A stretch of DNA of 64,000 bases from Promethearchaeota archaeon. Lineage in GTDB: Archaea; Asgardarchaeota; Lokiarchaeia; Sigyniarchaeales; SOKP01. Of the stretch, positions 9,323 through 20,250 are shown in pieces (positions within the stretch are counted from its first letter, which is position 1; every line of letters starts with the position of its first letter). The notes beneath the pieces are model-generated. The model worked only from the letters and a program-made list of their open reading frames with translations, was not told the DNA's origin and did not search any database. The position numbers and the translations under genes were made by a program. The DNA lies in NCBI GenBank assembly GCA_016839705.1, contig JAEOTR010000014.1, positions 1 to 64,000 of the forward strand. The letters are read 5' to 3'.

Positions 9323-10801
9323 ATGATTTTTCAAGGCTTATTTAATATTTTGGATTTATACCTGAATGAGATAGATCTTTTCTATAATGCTATTCATCAG
9401 TATTTCCGTAGTACAATTAGTTCTTCATTTAACATTACATTAATAGAAGAAGATGAACTTGATAGTAAATTCGAGGATATTCTTAATCTAATTAAGCCTG
9501 AATTATTAGAATTAGGTTTAGAAAGTGTAGAAATAGAGAGTAAATTATCTGATCCTTTTGTGGAATTGAAAAAAGAAGGTTTTAAAAAAAGAATCAATGT
9601 TGTTGAACTATATCATGATAAAATTTTACCAATTATATATGAACTATTTTTTGAGAAGGTTGTAGATTATTTAGTTGGTGATAAAGTTGCACCACTCATG
9701 TTAAAATTAAAAGCTGAAGGATTCCTGCCAATTGAATTCATAATGGAATTAAGAAACTTAAAAGAATTGCTTTCTCTCTATCCTGAAAAAAGAGAAAATT
9801 TAAGGAAATATATTCATATCCAAGAAAGCATTATTAATAAATTGCAAGAAAACAAGGTTAACATAGAAAAACTGGAAGATATTAAAGAACCTGAGTTTAA
9901 ACTTCAACTTATTTATCTCATCTATAGAATTATACATTTTTTTAACCTTCAAGGGATGTTTGACTTTTCCCATATTAAAACCTATCTTAAGGAGAACGTT
10001 GATGATTGGCTTATCGACGTTCCGTTAATAACTCTGAAAAATCCAGATATCTACTTTTGTGGCATCTATTTAGCGAAACAATTAGGCGTAAAACTTGATA
10101 AAGAAAGAATTAGAAAATTCTTATTAGATTTAAGTGAGGAAGCTATAGATAGATATGTGTGTCCCATTGTCGAAGCCACCGATGGTGTATATTATTTTAT
10201 TAAATCAACAGAAATGACGAAAACGTTTCTGAGCATGGAACAAATAAGTAGATTAATTAAAACTGAAAAGGAGTTTTTTGAATCAAATTACTTACAAAAT
10301 CTGGAAACATCACAATTAGTTGTCATATTAAAAATGTATAGCCAATTAGGTGTTACCAAGATGGAAAGAGAAGTTAATGCTATTACGGAAGAAATAGAAA
10401 GGCGTGTTACTCCTGAAGGCATAAAACAGTTTCGAGATGGATTTGTTTCGTCAGAAGCGACGTATTATGTTTTGTTTAATCATTATATGAACAACACCCT
10501 TGAGAAATTAAAGGATTATGATATCTTAAGCAGTATCATTTCAAGGATTTACAGAAATTTAGAACTTTTAGATTTCTCAATAGACACAAATTATGATTTA
10601 ATAAGTGAAACTTTTTATTCATTAGAGAGTCTAAAATTGTTTAACTGTATTGAAACTAAAGAAATGATAATTCATTTAGCTAAATATTTATTTCCACAAG
10701 AGGTTGTTGAGAAGATTTCGATTAGTAAAGAAATTATCAGAGGTAACACGGAATTTAGGCATTTAAAGGTAGATAGAGTTACTGGAGAAACAATCTATTA
10801 A
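9323..10801 (+). CDS. Hypothetical all-alpha protein, possibly with degenerate prenyltransferase-like (alpha/alpha toroid) repeats
   Basis: 492-aa ORF; repeated D/E-x-T-Y-Y-type helices (DIYFCG, DGVYYF, EATYYV, ETFYSL). Confidence 0.4.
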   Translation: MIFQGLFNILDLYLNEIDLFYNAIHQYFRSTISSSFNITLIEEDELDSKFEDILNLIKPELLELGLESVEIESKLSDPFVELKKEGFKKRINVVELYHDKILPIIYELFFEKVVDYLVGDKVAPLMLKLKAEGFLPIEFIMELRNLKELLSLYPEKRENLRKYIHIQESIINKLQENKVNIEKLEDIKEPEFKLQLIYLIYRIIHFFNLQGMFDFSHIKTYLKENVDDWLIDVPLITLKNPDIYFCGIYLAKQLGVKLDKERIRKFLLDLSEEAIDRYVCPIVEATDGVYYFIKSTEMTKTFLSMEQISRLIKTEKEFFESNYLQNLETSQLVVILKMYSQLGVTKMEREVNAITEEIERRVTPEGIKQFRDGFVSSEATYYVLFNHYMNNTLEKLKDYDILSSIISRIYRNLELLDFSIDTNYDLISETFYSLESLKLFNCIETKEMIIHLAKYLFPQEVVEKISISKEIIRGNTEFRHLKVDRVTGETIY

Positions 10802-10914
10802 GATTTTATCTCACTCCTTATCACTATTTGTTACATTTTTATAAATCTTAGTAACTAAAAATTATAAATTGAGTCTAAACATTACTAAGATAATAAAAGT
10901 AACTACTGATTTTG

Positions 10915-12393
10915 ATGGATTTTAAAGACTTTGAAATTATATATAAGGAGAATCGTGTTAAGATACTAGATAAATCAAAGATTGAATCTAATCTAAAAGA
11001 TATTATAGGTGCTCACAGTGTTTCCACTAAGGAAATAGATCTCCTAGCATATACTAGAGGTTCAACACTTATAGGCTTTAATTGGGATATAGAAGGTAAA
11101 ATTGCAAGCCTTCCCGATTTTATTACTTGGCCTGAAAGTGTAGAACAAATTAGTGAAATATTAAAGTTAGCAAATAAGGAGAGAATCCCGGTAATCCCTT
11201 ATGGTGAAGGTTCTGGTGTAGTTGGAGGTGCAATTCCTCTATATGGTGGAATTATCATAGATATGAAAAAATTCAACAAAGTTATTAAGATAAATGATAA
11301 AGATTTGACCGTTACAGCGGAAGCAGGTATTAATGGTATGAATTTAGAACGATATTTAAATGCAAGAGGATATACTTCTGGTCATATTCCTCAATCACTA
11401 TATATTTCCTCTTTAGGTGGTTGGATTGCACATCGAGCTGCAGGACAATTCAGTACTAAATATGGGAAAATTGAAGATATCGTTTTAGGAATGGAGTTAG
11501 TTTTACCACAAGGTGAAGTTATTAATTTCAAAACAATTGCAGGAGCATCAACAGGACCACAATTTGATAAATTATTCTTCGGAGCTGAAGGGACACTTGG
11601 TATCGTTACAAAAGCAACTTTAAAAATATGGCCTCTCCCTGAAAAAAAGAGCTTAATATCATATGCCTTTCCTACTATTGAGGATTCCTTTGAAGCTGTA
11701 AGAAAAATATTAAGAGAGAATATCTATCCTGCAGTAATCAGAATTTACGATAAATTTGAAACCGCACGACACTTCCCAGATATCGAAAAAGCAAAAGATA
11801 AGGTTATGGTTATTTTCATATGTGAGGGAAATTCAGAACTTGTTGAATTAGAAGACTCAATCACGAAAGAAAAGTGTGAAGCAAATATGGGTGTGACATG
11901 TGGAGATTCTCCGGTAAAACATTGGTTAGAAACAAGATTTCGAGTTACTGAAACTTCTTCAATGCCTCCTTACAAAATTGTATTTGATACTATTGAAATA
12001 GCTTCGTTATGGGATAATGCGGCGAATATCTATCATTTAGTATTAGAATCAATGAATAAATTTAAAGGAGTATTAATGATTACTGCCCACGTTTCTCATT
12101 TCTATCCAAATGGAGTAGGAATCTATTTTTCATTCGGTGGGGTACCTTCAAAGGGACAATCTGATTTAGAATTCTATCAAGATTGCTGGGATACCACTAT
12201 TAAAGCTGTGCTGGATGCAGGTGGTTCAATTGCTCATCATCATGGAATTGGTATCAATAGATCGCATTGGATGGATGAAGAATGGGGTAAAGCTATGGAC
12301 ACCCTAAGAAAAATAAAGAAAGTGCTTGATCCAAATAATGTTCTGAATCCAGGTAAAATTTATGTAAATACTTGGCAAAGGGGTGATAATTAA
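10915..12393 (+). CDS. FAD-linked oxidoreductase, alkyl-DHAP synthase (AGPS)-like
   Basis: PYGEGSGVVGG, GHIPQS..SSLGGWIA.RAAGQFSTKYGKIED, EGTLG, HHHGIG, LDPNNVLNPGK. Confidence 0.85.
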   Translation: MDFKDFEIIYKENRVKILDKSKIESNLKDIIGAHSVSTKEIDLLAYTRGSTLIGFNWDIEGKIASLPDFITWPESVEQISEILKLANKERIPVIPYGEGSGVVGGAIPLYGGIIIDMKKFNKVIKINDKDLTVTAEAGINGMNLERYLNARGYTSGHIPQSLYISSLGGWIAHRAAGQFSTKYGKIEDIVLGMELVLPQGEVINFKTIAGASTGPQFDKLFFGAEGTLGIVTKATLKIWPLPEKKSLISYAFPTIEDSFEAVRKILRENIYPAVIRIYDKFETARHFPDIEKAKDKVMVIFICEGNSELVELEDSITKEKCEANMGVTCGDSPVKHWLETRFRVTETSSMPPYKIVFDTIEIASLWDNAANIYHLVLESMNKFKGVLMITAHVSHFYPNGVGIYFSFGGVPSKGQSDLEFYQDCWDTTIKAVLDAGGSIAHHHGIGINRSHWMDEEWGKAMDTLRKIKKVLDPNNVLNPGKIYVNTWQRGDN

Positions 12394-13668
12394 GTGGGTA
12401 TCGAAGAAACCTTAAAAAAATATTCATGGATAGTACCTCTTCTTCAAAAAGCTGATAGGGAAACCAGGTCTATATTAATGAAGAATTTAAGGCAAAGAAA
12501 GAAGAATTTCTTTCCTGAAGGTGATTTCACTGCGGATATTGATAATTTGATAAAATGTATGCTATGTCCAAATATGTGTAGATTCGATTGTGGAAGTTTA
12601 ATAGCTGGAAATACTGAAAGTATGAGTCCTGCATACAAAGCAAGAATTGGTTATTATCTTTCTGTAGGAAAAATAGATCCTATTGACCCCGCTAACAAAG
12701 ATTTCATTGATTTAATGTATAAATGCTCAAATGAGGAAAATTGTAAGATATGGTGTCCATTTGACTTTTCGGTAGTGTCACTCCTTGAAACAGTTAGAGA
12801 TGATTTGACAAGTAAAGGATTAACGCCCGAATATTTACAATCACCGATTCTAAACTTAAAAAAGACGCAAACTATTGAAGATCATAACATATTTAAAACA
12901 TACAAGGAAAAAGGAATTAGGAATATTGAAACTGACGGGAATGATGAAATATATTACTATATTGGATGTGAAATGATGAAGTTTCCAGAAGTGGTGAAAG
13001 CTAACATTGAACTCCTACAAAAGGCAGGAATCAAATTTTCAACAAATTTAGAAAGAAAGATGTGTTGTAGTGGTCCGATGTTTAATATACGAGATCTTGA
13101 AACTGCTAAGGAATTCGCTGAAAAGAACAAACAATTAATCGAAAGTACTGGAGCAAATTTAGTGGTTTCGGATTGCCCAGGGTGTGTCCTGGCTCTAACC
13201 AAACGATATGAAAGTATTGATGTAAAAATAAATGTAAGAATTATTCACATTGTAGAATACATCACACAATTATTTGATGAGGGAAAATTATCCATCAACA
13301 AAGATATCCCAGATGAATATAAAAAACTCACAATTCATGATCCGTGTCTTATGGCAAGAAACCTTAATGATATTTCTTCTATAAGATCGATTCTTTATAA
13401 AATTCCAGGAATTGAGCTTATAGAACCTACTTATAATAAAGAATTAACTCATTGTTGTGGTTGGAGTGGTACTCTTCATTGGGCTGATAGATCTTTAGCG
13501 ATTCAGGAAGCACAAAACAGAATTAAAGAGTTAAAAGAAACGGGTGCAAATAATTTCGTTTCTGCATGTCCCTTATGTGAATTAGGCTTAAAATACGGAC
13601 TAACTGAAGACGATAACCCATATATAAAAATACTAGATTTATCCGAATTATTAATTAAAATATTGTAA
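12394..13668 (+). CDS. Fe-S oxidoreductase, GlpC/HdrD family (two CCG domains)
   Basis: CxxCPxxC and C..C...CP ferredoxin-like motifs, CCSG/CPGC and HDPC/CCG/CPLC; GTG start abuts the upstream stop. Confidence 0.85.
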   Translation: MGIEETLKKYSWIVPLLQKADRETRSILMKNLRQRKKNFFPEGDFTADIDNLIKCMLCPNMCRFDCGSLIAGNTESMSPAYKARIGYYLSVGKIDPIDPANKDFIDLMYKCSNEENCKIWCPFDFSVVSLLETVRDDLTSKGLTPEYLQSPILNLKKTQTIEDHNIFKTYKEKGIRNIETDGNDEIYYYIGCEMMKFPEVVKANIELLQKAGIKFSTNLERKMCCSGPMFNIRDLETAKEFAEKNKQLIESTGANLVVSDCPGCVLALTKRYESIDVKINVRIIHIVEYITQLFDEGKLSINKDIPDEYKKLTIHDPCLMARNLNDISSIRSILYKIPGIELIEPTYNKELTHCCGWSGTLHWADRSLAIQEAQNRIKELKETGANNFVSACPLCELGLKYGLTEDDNPYIKILDLSELLIKIL

Positions 13669-13690
13669 CTAACAATTTAAAAGTGATTTA

Positions 13691-15151
13691 ATGAGTGATC
13701 TAATATGTGTGTTTGATATCGGAACAACTGGAGCGAGGACGATTGTTTTTGACATCAATGGAAAAGAAATTGCTCGAGATTATGAAGAATATCATATCCC
13801 TAAGCAAGCAATTGGCATTTCAGAGCAGGATCCTCGCATATGGTGGAATGCGATTAAAAAAACGTGTAATACAGTTTCCCAAAAAGTTAAGGTGAAGGAT
13901 ATTGTCGGTATTTCTGCTGCTTTTTTAAGACAAACCGTGACGTTTTTAGATGATAAAGGAGATTCCGTATATCCTGCATTAACATGGATGGATGAAAGGG
14001 AAGAATCAAGTGCAAAAGAATGGGTTGAGCAAGAGGGTGCGTTCAGAAGAGCAATGCCAAAAATCTTATGGATTAAACGAAATAAACCAGAAATATTTGA
14101 AAAAACATCAAAAATAGCATTTGTAGATACTTATATCTTGAATAAATTATGTGAAAAAATTGTAACAGATCCTACCAATGGATATTGGGGAATACTTAAT
14201 TTAGAAACGTTAAATTGGGATCAAGAGTTAGCAGAAGCATATGATGTTCCAATAGATTTATGGCCTGACATAAAATTCCCTGGAGAAATAATTGGTGAGC
14301 TAAGCGGTAAGGCCTCAAAAAATCTGAATTTACCAAATAATATACCAGTTATTATGGGTAGTGGAGATCAGCAATGTTCTGCTTTAGGATTGGGAGTTAT
14401 TGAAACAGGTCAAGCAAAAATAACTATGGGAACAGGAACTTTTGTTGATTGTGTTGCGGATAATCCCGTAAAACCTCCCGAAGGTATTCCTATATTTTCT
14501 ATTCCCACACCCATTAAGGGAAAATGGAATATTGAAGCTACGATGCCGGGAACGGGAACAGCAATGAAGTGGTTTAAAGATAATTTTTCTCAATTACAGA
14601 TCCAAGAGAGTATTGAGAAACAGATGAATGTTTATGATATGTTAGCAAATGAAGCATCATCTATTCCAGCGGGAAGTGAGGGGTTACTTGTACTTCCTTT
14701 ATATATGTTTAGAAAAGGAGCGATTCACGGTTTGGGATGGAATCACACGAAGGCACATTTGATTCGAGCAATTATGGAGTCTGCAGCTTTAAGTGCTCAA
14801 ATGTATCTCCAAATGATAGAAGCAATGGTGGGTTCAAAAGTCTCAGAAATTAAAGCAGATGGAGGTGCAATGAATAGCTCTATATGGGCACAAATTCTTG
14901 CTGATATAACTTCAAGAAAAATTTTATTACCAGAAGAAAAAGATGGTGCGGCTATGGGTGCCGCCATTTTAGGATTTTGTGGTACTAAAATTTATGGAAA
15001 TTTTGAAAAAGCGATTTCTAAAATGGTCAGATTTGTTGAAACAATAGAGCCTACAAAACAGAATGCGAGGACTTATAAGAAATTGAATAGAATTTTTATG
15101 CCACTCTTATTAGATCTATATAAAAAAAAAAGACTGACAAAAGATTTCTAA
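13691..15151 (+). CDS. FGGY-family carbohydrate kinase (glycerol/xylulose kinase-like)
   Basis: DIGTTGAR, EQDP, WMDER, GDQQ, GTG, DGG motifs. Confidence 0.9.
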   Translation: MSDLICVFDIGTTGARTIVFDINGKEIARDYEEYHIPKQAIGISEQDPRIWWNAIKKTCNTVSQKVKVKDIVGISAAFLRQTVTFLDDKGDSVYPALTWMDEREESSAKEWVEQEGAFRRAMPKILWIKRNKPEIFEKTSKIAFVDTYILNKLCEKIVTDPTNGYWGILNLETLNWDQELAEAYDVPIDLWPDIKFPGEIIGELSGKASKNLNLPNNIPVIMGSGDQQCSALGLGVIETGQAKITMGTGTFVDCVADNPVKPPEGIPIFSIPTPIKGKWNIEATMPGTGTAMKWFKDNFSQLQIQESIEKQMNVYDMLANEASSIPAGSEGLLVLPLYMFRKGAIHGLGWNHTKAHLIRAIMESAALSAQMYLQMIEAMVGSKVSEIKADGGAMNSSIWAQILADITSRKILLPEEKDGAAMGAAILGFCGTKIYGNFEKAISKMVRFVETIEPTKQNARTYKKLNRIFMPLLLDLYKKKRLTKDF

Positions 15152-15268
15152 TTCCTCCTTTATTTTTATAAATTTTCAATTATAATTAGGTTTACTTTTT
15201 TATTTAGAAAAGTATTTTTTGAATCTTTTATTTAAAAAATTATAAAATAGAATAATATCTTTGGTCAC

Positions 15269-16096
15269 ATGCCTTATTTTAAGAATCAAGAGGGTTATAA
15301 TCTATATTACGAAAACATCAACTCCGATTCAAAGAATTGTACCATCATTCTACTTCACGGATTCGCGTCATCTGCTTCATTCTTTAAATCACAAATAAAG
15401 ATATTGAAGAATAATTATCGTATACTTGCTTTTGATGCATTAGGGCATGGTAGGAGTGATCATCCGAAAGAAGTGAACCTTTCGAAAAATTTAAGGTATG
15501 ACATTATTAGAGATTTAGAAGATCTACTTAAACATTTAGATATTAATGAACAATATGGAATTATAGGTCATTCCCTTGTTGGAGGGATGATAGCTCAATT
15601 ATTTACTATGAAACATCCAGAAAAAATTAAATTCCTTATTTTAATGAATTCCGGATATATAATTATTGACAATGTAATTAGGAATATTTTCTATAATTTA
15701 CTCCCCTACGATATACGCATGAACTTTCTTGAAATCGTTGCCAATTCTATTGAGCATATTTTAGACAAAACTATACCATTTATAATTACAGCCCTATCAG
15801 ATTCTTTAGAAGGAATCAAATTAACTAAAGATGAACTATTCATGAAGATTGAAGAACAAATCTTTAATATGATAAATGAGATAAATGAGTTTGATCCTTC
15901 ACACATCAATTGTCCAACTCTAATTATTGGGGGAAGGTTAGACAATTTTGCTCCTGAACAAATGTCAGAAGAGCTACATAAAAAAATTCCTAATTCTATT
16001 TTAAAAATCATCGATATGGCAGGTCATTTTGCCCCAGCTCAAAGATCTGAGAAGGTTAATGAATACATTATGAGTTTTATTAAAAAATTAGTATAA
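15269..16096 (+). CDS. Alpha/beta hydrolase
   Basis: LLHGF, DALGHGRS, GHSLVGG (nucleophile elbow with insertion), D, AGH. Confidence 0.85.
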   Translation: MPYFKNQEGYNLYYENINSDSKNCTIILLHGFASSASFFKSQIKILKNNYRILAFDALGHGRSDHPKEVNLSKNLRYDIIRDLEDLLKHLDINEQYGIIGHSLVGGMIAQLFTMKHPEKIKFLILMNSGYIIIDNVIRNIFYNLLPYDIRMNFLEIVANSIEHILDKTIPFIITALSDSLEGIKLTKDELFMKIEEQIFNMINEINEFDPSHINCPTLIIGGRLDNFAPEQMSEELHKKIPNSILKIIDMAGHFAPAQRSEKVNEYIMSFIKKLV

Positions 16097-16243
16097 TCAT
16101 AAAATTGCTCTTAATATCACATCCTGGTTAGATTTACTCGTTATCTTTAAAGATATTATTAACATTTTAATATGTAGCTTATCAGAAATTTAAAGTGAAT
16201 AGTTCATATTAATAATTTAACAAATTTTTGGTTTTGACCTATA

Positions 16244-16609
16244 ATGAATTCAAACCATGATAACAATACTACAATATCATTTTTCAAAGAAGATGTAAAG
16301 ATTTTCGTTAAAGAACGGAATTGGGCTGAATATCATACACCGAAGAATTTAGTTCAAGCAATAAACTGTGAAGCAGGAGAGCTTTCTCAACTTTTACTTT
16401 TTAAAGATTATTCAAAGAAGAATATTGAGGATAATAAAGAACTATTTAATAGTATTTCTGATGAAATTGCTGACGTATTTATATATCTTATAAGTCTTAT
16501 TAATGCCTTAGATTTAGATCTTACACAAGCTTTCAAAAATAAAATGAAAAAAAACAAAAGTAAATATTCAACCAAAGAATTTAACAATGGGATTTATTAT
16601 AAAAAATAA
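16244..16609 (+). CDS. MazG-like nucleotide pyrophosphohydrolase (DCTPP1-like)
   Basis: RNWAEYHTPKNL, EAGEL, DEIADVFIYL. Confidence 0.9.
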   Translation: MNSNHDNNTTISFFKEDVKIFVKERNWAEYHTPKNLVQAINCEAGELSQLLLFKDYSKKNIEDNKELFNSISDEIADVFIYLISLINALDLDLTQAFKNKMKKNKSKYSTKEFNNGIYYKK

Positions 16610-16627
16610 CTCAAGATCGAATTTATA

Positions 16628-18235
16628 ATGAAAGAGAATCAATCTATTGTGAAACCGATTTTAATCAAAAAGGGTAATATAATTGATGGGACAGGTAATC
16701 CATGGTTTAGGGCGGATATAGAAATTACAGAGGGAATGATCACAAAAATATCTACGAATCTTAAAACTGAATTGGATAATACTATCGTTGTTGATGCGGA
16801 AGGCCTTGTAGTAAGCCCAGGATTTATCGACATTCACTCTCATGCTGATATATCTCTCCTCTATAATCAAAAATTAGAATGCCTAGCTCAACAAGGAATT
16901 ACAACTGTCGTTGTTGGTAACTGTGGCCTCTCTCATGCTCCACTAAATCCAGAAAAATATGAATATTTTAGAAAAGCTTATGAAATTAATGGAAAGCTTC
17001 CTTGGCACACATTCAAGGAATATTTAGATGTATTAGAAAACCTAGGTAGCTCTTTAAATATAATACCCTTAGTTGGATTTGGGATAATTCGTCGATCTGT
17101 TTTAGAAGATGCTATTCGATCTCCCTCAAAACAAGAGCTTAAACAAATGAAATCATATGTTGAAGAAGCGATGCAAGCTGGGGCGTATGGTATTTCTACA
17201 GGATTGATTTATCCTCCTCAATCAACTGCAGATACCCAAGAGATTATCGAATGTGCTAAAATCGCAGCGAAATATGGAGGATTATATGTTAGTCACATGA
17301 GAAATGAAGGAGAATACGTACTAGAAGCTATTAAAGAGCTGATTGAGATTGTAGAAAAATCAGGTTGTCGAAGTGGACAAATTTCGCATATTAAAGTTGC
17401 AGGAGCTTTAAATTGGGGTAAAAGTGTAGAAATGCTTCAATTGATTGAGGAAGCAAATGATCGAGGATTAATAATTCGGGCTGATCAATACCCATACAAA
17501 CGAGGAATGAATTCCTTGAAAGATTCTTTACCAGATTGGGCAAAGGTTGGAGGAAATGAAGAAATTATTAAAAAGTTGAAAGAATCTAAATCTAGAGAAA
17601 AAATAAAAGAAGATATGGAAGAAAGATTTAATAAATCCAAAATGTCATGGGATAAAATTTTTGTAGCTTCTCAAAGAACAGATAAATGGAGACATTTTGA
17701 AGGATTATCAATATCAGAGATTACCAAGATAAAACAATCTTCTAACGAATTTGATATATTTTGCGAAATTCTTGTTGACAATAATGCGAATGTGGAACAA
17801 ATTACTGAATATGGACATGAAGATGATCTTATAACATTGATGAAAAGTCGATATACTATGATTGGTACCGATGGTTGGTCAGTACCAATGGGATCTGGCA
17901 AACCCCATCCTAGATTTTATGGAACTTACCCAAGAATTCTCGGAAAATATGTTCGTAAGGAAAAGATTCTAACATTAGAACAAGCAATTAGGAAAATGAC
18001 TTCGTTTCCTGCTCAAACATTAGGATTACTAAATAGGGGTTTAATTCGAGAAGGGATGTGCGCAGATCTCGTAATTTTTGATCCGGATACGATTATTGAT
18101 AAAGCAACCTATACTGATCCTCATCAGTATCCTGATGGGATACATTATGTAATCATAAATGGGGAAATTGTTGTTAAAGATAAACAACATACAACAGTTA
18201 AACCAGGGAAGATATTAAGAAGGAATTCTCCTTAA
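16628..18235 (+). CDS. N-acyl-D-amino-acid deacylase (amidohydrolase)
   Basis: PGFIDIHSH, GNCG, SHMRNE, SHIK, PHPRFYGTYPR. Confidence 0.9.
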   Translation: MKENQSIVKPILIKKGNIIDGTGNPWFRADIEITEGMITKISTNLKTELDNTIVVDAEGLVVSPGFIDIHSHADISLLYNQKLECLAQQGITTVVVGNCGLSHAPLNPEKYEYFRKAYEINGKLPWHTFKEYLDVLENLGSSLNIIPLVGFGIIRRSVLEDAIRSPSKQELKQMKSYVEEAMQAGAYGISTGLIYPPQSTADTQEIIECAKIAAKYGGLYVSHMRNEGEYVLEAIKELIEIVEKSGCRSGQISHIKVAGALNWGKSVEMLQLIEEANDRGLIIRADQYPYKRGMNSLKDSLPDWAKVGGNEEIIKKLKESKSREKIKEDMEERFNKSKMSWDKIFVASQRTDKWRHFEGLSISEITKIKQSSNEFDIFCEILVDNNANVEQITEYGHEDDLITLMKSRYTMIGTDGWSVPMGSGKPHPRFYGTYPRILGKYVRKEKILTLEQAIRKMTSFPAQTLGLLNRGLIREGMCADLVIFDPDTIIDKATYTDPHQYPDGIHYVIINGEIVVKDKQHTTVKPGKILRRNSP

Positions 18236-18271
18236 ATTAAATTATAAAAAATTAAAATTGAGGATTTTGAT

Positions 18272-18736
18272 ATGACTGAAATAAATAAAGCTTTATTGGC
18301 ACCCTGTGGTCTTTATTGTGGTGTATGTGCTATTTATATTGCCCATCGAGATAATAATTTAAAATTCAAAGATAGATTGGTTAATGTATATAAACCATTT
18401 TCAGAATCGATTGATGATATTCAGTGTACAGGTTGTCTTTCAGATGGAATTATATTTGGTTATTGTAAATCTTGCCCGATTAAAAGCTGTGTTAAAGAAA
18501 AGGATTTGGATGGTTGTTATCAATGTAGTGATTGGCCTTGTACATTGATTCAAAATTTTCCGATTCCAGTAGGCAAAAAGGTAATTATGAGAGCTATTCC
18601 TGAATGGAGAGAATTAGGTACTGAGAAATGGGTTGAAAGCGAAGAAAAAAGATATAAATGTCCCGATTGTGGCAATATTTTATTCCGTGGGACAAAAAGA
18701 TGCAATAAGTGTAAGATTCCTGTTGATGTAGATTGA
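18272..18736 (+). CDS. Cys-rich DUF3795-family protein with C-terminal Zn ribbon
   Basis: APCGLYCGVC, CxGC, CxxC..C, CYQC...PC, CPDC..CNKC. Confidence 0.8.
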   Translation: MTEINKALLAPCGLYCGVCAIYIAHRDNNLKFKDRLVNVYKPFSESIDDIQCTGCLSDGIIFGYCKSCPIKSCVKEKDLDGCYQCSDWPCTLIQNFPIPVGKKVIMRAIPEWRELGTEKWVESEEKRYKCPDCGNILFRGTKRCNKCKIPVDVD

Positions 18737-18799
18737 GACATTCAATATTATTTTATTAATAAAAATCTTTTTTAAGATTTTATTACCTATAATTAAATC

Positions 18800-19777
18800 A
18801 TGGTTGCAGAAAATATTGAAGATCTAATTACAAAGCAATTAAATTTTACACTACGTGAAACTAACTTTACAACCTTAGGGAAATTATATAAAGGAAAAGT
18901 TCGCGATAATTATATTAAAAATGATAAAAGGATAATTATTGCGACAGACAGGTTATCCGCATTTGATCGAGTTATTACCACTATTCCTTTTAAAGGTCAG
19001 ATGTTAAATCAGATCTCCTCTTTTTGGTTTGATAAAACAAAGGATATGGTAAAAAATCATATCATAAGTATACCCGATCCGAGTGTTTCAGTAGTTCATC
19101 AATGTGAAACCCTCCCGGTAGAAGTAATAATAAGAGCTTATATTACAGGTACTGCATGGCGTAATTATTTAAAAGGTCAACCTACTTCGGGAATAACGTT
19201 ACCAAAAGGATTAGAAAAAAATCAGAAATTAGATGACGTTCTCGTTACCCCTTCTACTAAAGCAGAATCCGGGCATGATATATATATTTCAAAAGAACAG
19301 ATTATTAAGGATAAATTAGTGGAAAGGAATATCTATGAAGAGATGGAGCAAGCAGCATTAAAATTATTTAGGTTTGGACAAGAATATTGTAAGAAAAATG
19401 GTCTTATTATGGTGGATACGAAATATGAATTTGGTATAAAAGACGGTGAGCTTATGTTAATTGATGAAATACATACTCAAGACTCTTCTAGATTTTGGAT
19501 TTTAGATTCCTATGAAAGCAAATTTGAAAACGGAGAAGAACCAGAGATTTTAGACAAGGAGATTTTTAGAGGATGGCTAATGGATACTTATCCCGATATA
19601 TTTCCTGATATCAAACCTGAAGATGACATACCCCCAATATCTGATGATATTAAGATTGAATTAGCAAAAAGATATATGAGAAGTTTTGAAAAAATTACTG
19701 GAATAGAATTTCAAGCTGAAGTTGCAGACGTTAATCAACGAATTCATGATAATTTAAAACAAGCTGATTATTTATAG
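18800..19777 (+). CDS. purC: SAICAR synthase
   Basis: GKVRD, ATDRLSAFD, TPSTKA, VDTKYEFG, DEIHT.DSSRFW. Confidence 0.97.
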   Translation: MVAENIEDLITKQLNFTLRETNFTTLGKLYKGKVRDNYIKNDKRIIIATDRLSAFDRVITTIPFKGQMLNQISSFWFDKTKDMVKNHIISIPDPSVSVVHQCETLPVEVIIRAYITGTAWRNYLKGQPTSGITLPKGLEKNQKLDDVLVTPSTKAESGHDIYISKEQIIKDKLVERNIYEEMEQAALKLFRFGQEYCKKNGLIMVDTKYEFGIKDGELMLIDEIHTQDSSRFWILDSYESKFENGEEPEILDKEIFRGWLMDTYPDIFPDIKPEDDIPPISDDIKIELAKRYMRSFEKITGIEFQAEVADVNQRIHDNLKQADYL

Positions 19778-19823
19778 AAGGGAAGAAAAATTTAAATAAT
19801 AAACAATTGTTTTTTATTATAGT

Positions 19824-20018
19824 ATGCTAGATTTAATTCTTCTGTTTCTTAATTTTCCGCTATTTCTGCTTAGTTTTGTCTTTTTAATACTCGATATTCG
19901 AAATTATAAAGAAAATAAGTATAAAGATCTCAGTACGAATAAATTACCCAAACGGAGTTCTTATAGTTTAGCATGTGGACTTTTAGCATTAATATTAGCT
20001 GTAATTATTAGTTTATAA
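19824..20018 (+). CDS. Small two-TM membrane protein
   Basis: 64 aa, two hydrophobic segments around a basic loop. Confidence 0.5.
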   Translation: MLDLILLFLNFPLFLLSFVFLILDIRNYKENKYKDLSTNKLPKRSSYSLACGLLALILAVIISL

Positions 20019-20250
20019 GAGCGTTATCTGGCTTTCCTTCCATTTCTTTAGCCTATATCTAGATTTTAATTCTTCTGGTTTATGGACTATTAAATCCTAC
20101 AATCATTCATTAAATTATTACAAATAAACTTAATGCAATCGCTCGAAAAATCTAAATTAATAACAAGCTCATGTCGTTTTTGTCGATGGGAATTATTTTT
20201 AAGTTAATAAGAACTAATAAAAATATATACAACGCTATTTCTTCTTGAAG

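Noticed and set aside
20015-20097. Short minus-strand open stretch (LIVHKPEELKSRYRLKKWKESQITLL)
   Set aside because: No start codon after the upstream stop; too short.
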